Source: Candidatus Uhrbacteria bacterium (GTDB lineage: Bacteria > Patescibacteriota > Patescibacteriia > JACQRZ01). From it: a DNA stretch of 64,000 nucleotides. This document shows positions 56,322-64,000 of the stretch, piece after piece (the stretch's first letter is position 1; each line of letters starts with the position of its first letter). The DNA lies in the NCBI GenBank assembly GCA_016206175.1, contig JACQSB010000019.1, forward strand, positions 7,079 to 71,078, written 5' to 3'. Below the pieces are notes generated by a model that made no database searches, had not been told where the DNA came from, and saw only the letters and a list, made by a program, of their open reading frames with translations. A program made the translations under genes and the position numbers.

Positions 56322-56358
56322 GCGCGCCGTGCTCTTCCGGTGCGCTTCTTTATTTCTC
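56322..56358 (+). terminator. Intrinsic terminator of orphan cassette 2
   Basis: gcgcgccg (56322-56329) / cggtgcgc (56338-56345), 8 bp with 1 mismatch, then ttctttatttctctt. Confidence 0.55.
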
Positions 56359-58225
<1,867 letters not shown>

Positions 58226-58269
58226 TCATTTCGACCGACCATGTAGATCCCTCGACTTCATTTCATTAA

Positions 58270-59178
58270 TTACTCAAGCGCCGCCCTGCCGGCGGAAAGT
58301 TCTGCGATTTCTTGAGTGATCGCCGATTGCCGCACGCGATTATAGGTTAACTCCAGATCGCCGACCATTTCCGATGCCGCCTCGGTCGCATTATGCATCG
58401 CCATCATGCGCGCGCTGTGTTCTGACGCTTCTGTTTCGAGCACGGCTTGAAAAATCTGTGTTTCAAGAAGGCGAGGAATGATATGTCCAAGCACCTGCTG
58501 TTCTGACGGTTCAAAAACGAATTGCGAAAAATCTGAATCTTTCTTTGCAGTCTCTTTTGTCGCACTTTCCGTAATGCCGGTACGGACAAACCCTTCCGTG
58601 ACGAGTGGCAACAGTTGCCATGCTTCGATATTCTGCTTTATGCTTGAGACAAACGAAGATGACACGATATCAACACGATCCAATGAGCCGTCTGAAAATC
58701 CCTGCGTGATCACATGAATGATGCCCGCGATATCCATAATAGAAGTTGTGATATCTGCTTTTGGAAAATCAGCGTGAATCGTATATCCGTGCCGTGCGAC
58801 CGTGTCGCGCGCGCGGCGTCCGAAAGTAATAATATCAACCTGCTGCGCTCCAGCTTCTTGCGCGCGCCGTATCGCTCCGATACCCTTCATTGCCAACTGC
58901 GCATTAAAACTGCCACAGAGGCCCCGATTGCTGCTAATGATGATAACCGCGCTCCGACGGACAGGCCGCACCGCAAGAAGCGGGTGCAGCGCGCGATCCA
59001 CGCGCGTTGCAAGATGCTGCAAAAGATCCCATGCGCAATGAGCATATGAACGCGTCGCCAAAGCACTGGCAACTGCTTTGCGCATCTTTGCGCCTGACAC
59101 CAATTCCATCGCTTTTGTTATTTTCTTGGTGTTGCGCACGGAACGAATTTGTCGGCGGATTGCAAGGGTGGATGGCAT
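58270..59178 (-). CDS. atpG: F1 ATP synthase gamma subunit
   Basis: IRRQIRSVRNTKKITKAMELVSGAKMRKA N-terminal helix and C-terminal LTYNRVRQSAITQEI. Confidence 0.93.
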   Translation of the reverse strand: MPSTLAIRRQIRSVRNTKKITKAMELVSGAKMRKAVASALATRSYAHCAWDLLQHLATRVDRALHPLLAVRPVRRSAVIIISSNRGLCGSFNAQLAMKGIGAIRRAQEAGAQQVDIITFGRRARDTVARHGYTIHADFPKADITTSIMDIAGIIHVITQGFSDGSLDRVDIVSSSFVSSIKQNIEAWQLLPLVTEGFVRTGITESATKETAKKDSDFSQFVFEPSEQQVLGHIIPRLLETQIFQAVLETEASEHSARMMAMHNATEAASEMVGDLELTYNRVRQSAITQEIAELSAGRAALE

Positions 59179-59191
59179 CTCTCAACAGGGA

Positions 59192-60715
59192 TTAACGTAT
59201 AAGGAATTCCTCGATCGCTTTTTTCAATGCTTCCTCGTTTTCTGCCGCGAGCTCACCGGTATCGCGGATCGCAGATGCCAGATCAGATTTGCTGGATTCC
59301 AAAAACGAAAGGAATCCTGCTTCAAACTCGCGAATCTTTTCTACCGGCACTTCATCGAGGTAACCATTCACAGCGGCATACAGGACTGCAACCTGTTGCT
59401 CGACGCCGAGCGGCTGGTATTGATTTTGCTTGAGCAATTCAGTAAGGCGCGCTCCCCGCTTGAGTTGTTTTTGCGTTGCCTCATCCAAGTCAGAACCGAA
59501 TTGTGCAAAAGCGGCAAGCTCGCGATATTGCGCAAGGTCAAGGCGCAACTTGCCGGCAACCTTCTTCATTGCTTTTGTCTGTGCCGCAGACCCCACGCGC
59601 GATACGGATAACCCAACATTCAACGCCGGACGAATGCCTTGGTAAAACAAATCAGTTTCCAAATAGATTTGACCATCGGTGATAGAGATAACATTGGTGG
59701 GTATATAGGCGGAAACATCGCCTGCCTGCGTCTCAATAACCGGCAGCGCGGTCAATGATCCGCCGCCATAGTCCGCATTTAATTTTGCGGAACGCTCAAG
59801 TAAGCGCGAGTGGAGGTAAAAAATATCGCCGGGATACGCTTCGCGTCCCGGTGGGCGGCGAAGGAGCAATGAAAGCTGGCGATACGCAACGGCATGTTTT
59901 GACAAATCGTCATACACCACCAAGACGTCTTTCCCTTTGTCCATGAAATACTCACCCATTGCGCATCCGGCAAATGGCGCAAGGAAAACCAGCGATGCAG
60001 GGTCGGATGCTCCAGCGAGCACAACAGTTGTGTACTCCATCGCGCCTTCCTCCTGGAGGCGGGCAACGATGCGGGCTACTTTTGATTCTTTCTGTCCGAT
60101 GGCAACATATATGCAATGGACCGCTTTATCCGTTTTCCAAAACTTCTTCTGGTTGATGATTGCATCGATCGCCACGGCAGTCTTGCCGGTCTGGCGGTCG
60201 CCGATGATGAGCTCGCGCTGCCCGCGACCGATCGGGATAATTGCATCAATCGCTTTAACGCCGGTCTGCAGCGGCTGATGCACTCCTTTACGCGTGATCA
60301 CGCCCGGCGCGATCTTTTCGATCGGATACTGCGCTGCCGGCTCAATCGCTCCGCGTCCATCGAGTGGCTCGCCCAACGGATTCACAACGCGGCCGATCAA
60401 GGCATCGCCAACCGGTACCTCCAAGATACGTCCGGTACTTTTGACAACAGCGCCTTCGTTCAGTGATGTATAGTCCCCTAAAATCATGGCGCCGACGGTA
60501 TCCTCTTCAAGATTGAGCACAACAGCGTTAACGGGTTTGCCGGCTGCCGATTCGCAGGTAAGGATTTCCGATTGTTTTGCCTCGCGCAAACCAACTATGC
60601 GGGCAATGCCGTCGCCGACTTCCGCGATGCGGCCAATATGCGAAACGGTCGCTTCCGATTTCACATCTGCGATATGTTTTTCAAGAACTTCAAGAAGATA
60701 ATTTGTATCGGCCAT
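59192..60715 (-). CDS. atpA: F1 ATP synthase alpha subunit
   Basis: [14 protein letters not shown]-loop, [32 protein letters not shown], and the SITDGQI motif. Confidence 0.97.
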   Translation of the reverse strand: MADTNYLLEVLEKHIADVKSEATVSHIGRIAEVGDGIARIVGLREAKQSEILTCESAAGKPVNAVVLNLEEDTVGAMILGDYTSLNEGAVVKSTGRILEVPVGDALIGRVVNPLGEPLDGRGAIEPAAQYPIEKIAPGVITRKGVHQPLQTGVKAIDAIIPIGRGQRELIIGDRQTGKTAVAIDAIINQKKFWKTDKAVHCIYVAIGQKESKVARIVARLQEEGAMEYTTVVLAGASDPASLVFLAPFAGCAMGEYFMDKGKDVLVVYDDLSKHAVAYRQLSLLLRRPPGREAYPGDIFYLHSRLLERSAKLNADYGGGSLTALPVIETQAGDVSAYIPTNVISITDGQIYLETDLFYQGIRPALNVGLSVSRVGSAAQTKAMKKVAGKLRLDLAQYRELAAFAQFGSDLDEATQKQLKRGARLTELLKQNQYQPLGVEQQVAVLYAAVNGYLDEVPVEKIREFEAGFLSFLESSKSDLASAIRDTGELAAENEEALKKAIEEFLIR

Positions 60716-60741
60716 ACACTAGGGTCTAGAAAGTAGGGGGT

Positions 60742-61146
60742 TTAGGAATTAGGGATTAGTACGTTTTTCAGTTGATTGATCCGAGAAGAAAGGCTTGCGT
60801 CTATCATCATATCGCCGACGGTGATGACTGTGCCCGCAATCAAAGCTGGATCGACTGTTACGGTAATTTCGGGCTGTCCTTTTCGGAACCGCGAGAGTAG
60901 CTCTTCCATCTCGCGGCGATCGATATCTTGCAGCGGGTGCGCTGACTGAATATCAACCGGATACATACCATCACGCGCTTTGAGGGATGCAACCAATTCT
61001 TTTCCAATCAAATCAAGTATCCGCAGTTTTCCGCGCCGGCTGTAATAGGATACGAGGTTGGCAACAACCTTTTCTACGTCTTCTCGCTTTGCATCTGCAG
61101 TATACGCAAGAAGACTTTCAGCATACATGCGGGGGGTGACTTTCAT
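60742..61146 (-). CDS. atpH: F1 ATP synthase delta (OSCP) subunit, short form
   Basis: 134 aa, positioned between atpF and atpA. C-terminal DPALIAGTVITVGDMMIDASLSSRINQL is the OSCP pattern. Confidence 0.8.
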   Translation of the reverse strand: MKVTPRMYAESLLAYTADAKREDVEKVVANLVSYYSRRGKLRILDLIGKELVASLKARDGMYPVDIQSAHPLQDIDRREMEELLSRFRKGQPEITVTVDPALIAGTVITVGDMMIDASLSSRINQLKNVLIPNS

Positions 61147-61183
61147 AAGGATTGCAGTAGGAAGGGTTATTGCGCAAGAGGTC

Positions 61184-61678
61184 TTATGCCACCTTACTCA
61201 ACGCTTTCTCGCGCAACTTGTCGGAAAGTTCCTTGTCGCTCACATCCTTTAGCACTTGCTCGCTTGCCAAAAGCACCAACGCGCTAAATTCTTGCTTTGC
61301 TGACGTAAGCATCTGCTCTTTTTCCATGCGGATTTTTTCGCGAGCGTTTTGTACGACACCGTGTACTTCATTCTTTGCTTTTTCAATGAGGGCGACGGAT
61401 TTTTCTTCCGCGTGTTTTGTCGCCTGCTCAACGATGGCAGCTGCTTGCTCTTTTGCTTTTTGCAGCTCGTCGAAGCGCATCTGCTCGACAGATGCCAGCT
61501 TTTCTTGGATAGCTTTTGCTTCTTCGAGGCTTTTCTCGATCAAGACGCGTCGCTTTTCAAGCATCCCGAGGAGCGGCTTATACAAAAACCGATGCAGCAA
61601 AAAAAGCAAAATCCCAAAGTTGAGAATCTGCGCGATGAGAAGACGGCCGTCAATGCCAAGCTTTCCTAACGCTTCCAT
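61184..61678 (-). CDS. atpF: Fo ATP synthase b subunit
   Basis: N-terminal TM segment (LLIAQILNFGILLFLLHRFLYKPL), then a long charged helix. Confidence 0.88.
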   Translation of the reverse strand: MEALGKLGIDGRLLIAQILNFGILLFLLHRFLYKPLLGMLEKRRVLIEKSLEEAKAIQEKLASVEQMRFDELQKAKEQAAAIVEQATKHAEEKSVALIEKAKNEVHGVVQNAREKIRMEKEQMLTSAKQEFSALVLLASEQVLKDVSDKELSDKLREKALSKVA

Positions 61679-61681
61679 GTG

Positions 61682-61942
<261 letters not shown>

Positions 61943-61952
61943 CTAGTTATTA

Positions 61953-62005
61953 GGGGTTAGGGTATAGGGTATAGTATCTTTAACTACACCCGATACCCTA
62001 CACCC
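61953..62005 (-). promoter_or_regulatory. Intercistronic hairpin between atpB and atpE
   Basis: 22-nt arms (61953-61974 / 61984-62005) with a 9-nt loop. On the mRNA, 18 Watson-Crick pairs, 1 G-U and 3 mismatches. The arms are built of GGGT(A/T) / ACCC units. Confidence 0.6.
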
Positions 62006-62009
62006 TATC

Positions 62010-62750
62010 TCAATGATGCGCTTCCATGGTCGCCATCTTGAGAAACACGAGTGTCAGCATGGAAAAGACCATTGCCTGGATAAAGCCAACAAACACCTCG
62101 AAAAGCATAAATGGCAGCGGCACGAGATACGGCACTAAAAAAAACATGACTGTCAACAGCACTTCTCCGGCGAAAATATTGCCAAAAAGCCTGAAAGAAA
62201 AAGAAATCAGCTTCGCGATTTCAGAAATCAATTCAAGCACACCTACGAAAAAATTCAAGGGGCTCGAAAAGTTGATAAACTTTGCCATGTACTTGAAAAA
62301 TCCGATGCTCATAATGCCGACCACCTGTACAACAAGAACACTGATGATCGATAATGCGAGGGTAAAATTGAGGTCCGCCGCGGTTGAACGTAAGAACGGC
62401 ACAAGGACTTCTCTCCCCTCGTGCTCTTCCATAATACCCACCGATCCGACGCCGGGCAGCAATCCCAGCCAGTTGCCGATGAGCACAAAAATGAAGATTG
62501 TAGCGACAAGAGGGAAAAATTGCAGGGATTGCTTGCGATCGCCGGTGACGCTGTCGACAAGTTTTAAGATCGCATCGAAGATGCTTTCAAAAAAATTCTG
62601 AAGGCCATGGGGCACGAACGATACCTTGCGCGTCGCGATAGCAGCAAGGACAACGACAAGCGCCATCACGATCCATGCAACGAGCATGCTGTTTGTCACC
62701 GGAAATCCGGCAATTGAAAATATTTTTTCTGCCGCGACTGATATGTTCAT
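62010..62750 (-). CDS. atpB: Fo ATP synthase a subunit
   Basis: From the ATG at 62750. 5-6 TM segments, with conserved Arg region FSFRLFGNIFAGEVLL. Confidence 0.93.
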   Translation of the reverse strand: MNISVAAEKIFSIAGFPVTNSMLVAWIVMALVVVLAAIATRKVSFVPHGLQNFFESIFDAILKLVDSVTGDRKQSLQFFPLVATIFIFVLIGNWLGLLPGVGSVGIMEEHEGREVLVPFLRSTAADLNFTLALSIISVLVVQVVGIMSIGFFKYMAKFINFSSPLNFFVGVLELISEIAKLISFSFRLFGNIFAGEVLLTVMFFLVPYLVPLPFMLFEVFVGFIQAMVFSMLTLVFLKMATMEAHH

Positions 62751-62760
62751 AAAGAATGTG

Positions 62761-63009
62761 TCATTCCTGTCTTTTCTCCGCCTCATGCATCAACTGCATG
62801 GTTTTACGGAAAATCAGGATACTCGAAACAATAATGGAAACAACTACGCCGCTTAAAAAAAAGAGTGGCGAGCTATTGAATGCCTTGTCTGCGTACCGGC
62901 CCAGCAGTGCAAACCCAACGAGCGGGACGGCGACCATAAAACCAATCGTCCATACGATGCCAAGCATCGCTAACACACTTCCGCTTGATTGGTTTGGTGG
63001 CTTATCCAT
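62761..63009 (-). CDS. AtpZ/AtpI-like small membrane protein preceding the atp operon
   Basis: 82 aa from the ATG at 63009. Two TM segments with LGIVWTIGFMVAVPLVGFALLGRYADKAFNSSPLFFL, resembling the AtpZ family. Sits in the position typical for atpI/atpZ. Confidence 0.65.
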   Translation of the reverse strand: MDKPPNQSSGSVLAMLGIVWTIGFMVAVPLVGFALLGRYADKAFNSSPLFFLSGVVVSIIVSSILIFRKTMQLMHEAEKRQE

Positions 63010-63044
63010 GATGCGAATAGTATAGAGCACAACAGCAGAAACGG

Positions 63045-63860
63045 TCAACACCAAAGCCCAAACAATCTCTGGGCGTTTTCGGTGGTCTGCGTTGCAACAC
63101 GTTCGACTGTCATTCCTTTGAGTTCGGCAATCTTTTCCGCCACGTATTTCACGTATGCCGGCGAGTTGCGTTTGCCCCGGTAGGGAGCCGGCGTCAGAAA
63201 GGGCGAATCCGTTTCAATAAGAATCTTTTCAAGCGGCACTGATCTCACAACCTCATCGTATTGTTTTGCAAAAGTAATAATCCCCGTAAACGAAATGAGA
63301 AAACCAAGATCAAGATAGCTTCGCGCTTGCTGGACAGTACCGATAAAGCAGTGCATCACGCCGTGCTCGCGTTGTTGCATAAGTGAATGAATCCCCCCGC
63401 TGGTGAAATGCGCCAAAAGCATCTCAAGCATATCATCATGCGCGTCGCGGCAATGGATGATAAGCGGCTTGAAAAGATCAGACGAAAGCTCAAGATGAGC
63501 GGCAAACAGCTCTTTTTGCCGCGCTTTTTGCGCCTCGGCAGACGCGTCATGCGGCAGATGGTAATAATCAAGCCCGCACTCGCCTACTCCGACAACGCGG
63601 TTTGATTTTTTTGCCAGATCGGCAAAGTCCTTTGGTTGAAAGGGAAGTTCGGTGTCTGTCGGATGTTGGCCCACCGCAGCCCAGACCGCACGATTGCGGT
63701 ACTGCTCCGCAAGCTCTACCGCTTTTACGCTGCTGTCGTAGTCGCAGCCAACAAGGATCATGCCTACCCCTTCGCTCAAGCATTGCTCGATCAGTTTCTC
63801 TCTGTCTTCCTGATACTGCTCAAATTGTACATGGGCATGGGTATCGATCAGAATTGTCAT
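63045..63860 (-). CDS. tatD: TatD-family metal-dependent hydrolase (DNase)
   Basis: IDTHAHV, GECGLDYY, IIHCRDAHDD and ETDSPFLTP motifs. Confidence 0.92.
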   Translation of the reverse strand: MTILIDTHAHVQFEQYQEDREKLIEQCLSEGVGMILVGCDYDSSVKAVELAEQYRNRAVWAAVGQHPTDTELPFQPKDFADLAKKSNRVVGVGECGLDYYHLPHDASAEAQKARQKELFAAHLELSSDLFKPLIIHCRDAHDDMLEMLLAHFTSGGIHSLMQQREHGVMHCFIGTVQQARSYLDLGFLISFTGIITFAKQYDEVVRSVPLEKILIETDSPFLTPAPYRGKRNSPAYVKYVAEKIAELKGMTVERVATQTTENAQRLFGLWC

Positions 63861-64000
63861 TTTTTGTTTTTTTGTTCCTGTTTTTTTTCTTTCGGCGCAA
63901 ACTTCTGCTGTGTAACATCCAAGATATTCTTTGTCTCGGTGACTGCATCATTAAAAATCTGCGGGGCAAGCGTTGGTATCTTTTCTAACCCTTTCGTTTC
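63857..64000 (-). CDS. C-terminal 47 codons of an upstream gene (identity not determinable), overlapping the tatD start by ATGA
   Basis: Not in the ORF track because it is open at the right edge. The frame reads ETKGLEKIPTLAPQIFNDAVTETKNILDVTQQKFAPKEKKQEQKNKK*. Its TGA (63859-63857) overlaps the tatD ATG. Confidence 0.5.
   Translation of the reverse strand, partial: ETKGLEKIPTLAPQIFNDAVTETKNILDVTQQKFAPKEKKQEQKNKK

Noticed and set aside
60742-60760. TTAGG/TTAGGG-like tract near atpA, and the 37002-37014 tract, counted as purely intergenic repeats.
   Set aside because: 60742-60760 encodes the atpH C-terminus (LIPNS*). 37006-37014 covers the HIT gene stop and its last codons. Only part of these tracts is non-coding, and a 13-nt identity alone is within chance expectation for 64 kb.

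Overview
The window is about 90% coding and holds 62 protein genes, one tRNA and one strong candidate small RNA. 53 of the 62 CDS are on the minus strand. The content suggests a small-genome, wall-bearing bacterium, possibly a Patescibacteria/CPR-like (Parcubacteria-type) lineage. That placement is an inference from the lean housekeeping set, many membrane-anchored orphan proteins, type IV pilus genes, one giant surface protein, and Shine-Dalgarno (SD) sequences that are rare by my hand inspection.

Recognisable blocks, left to right:
- scpB (partial, missed by the ORF track), then ftsZ-ftsA-dgkA-ybeY.
- A surface-protein locus: two thrombospondin-type-3-like repeat proteins, a roughly 3193-aa cysteine-rich giant protein, and an Ig-like membrane protein.
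- rpsU-hisS-lepB, tRNA-Val(CAC), an LCP protein, a PEGA protein, and a short RelA/SpoT homolog.
- A RelE/ParE-type toxin-antitoxin pair.
- A plus-strand rubredoxin (55 aa, missed by the track), peroxiredoxin and Fe/Mn-SOD cluster.
- A half-size asparaginase, topA and dprA.
- DUF47-pitA, then pth-der-(P-loop orphan)-rfbB-HIT.
- An envelope glycosylation cluster (GT-C, CDP-alcohol transferase, 2x GT4, GT2) abutting type IV pilus genes (2 pilins, pilD, pilC).
- pheS, a DUF721-like gene, and a UvrD-type helicase fused to a Cas4-like nuclease.
- A complete F1Fo ATP synthase operon (atpZ-B-E-F-H-A-G-D-C), tatD, and a partial upstream gene.

The most unusual items:
- Two self-contained plus-strand orphan cassettes (30083-30637 and 55199-56288). 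Each has its own promoter-like sequence, canonical GGAGG SDs and an intrinsic terminator, and none of the proteins has a motif I recognise.
- A roughly 140-nt highly structured candidate sRNA (32503-32645) with its own promoter and terminator. It displays CCUCCUUA, a mimic of the 16S anti-SD, in a hairpin loop.
- The internal architecture of the giant protein: a perfect 99-bp tandem duplication, a 27-residue-period cysteine ladder, and 27 CGNG...EQCDDG repeats.

All functional calls rest on motifs read by eye. No database search was run.
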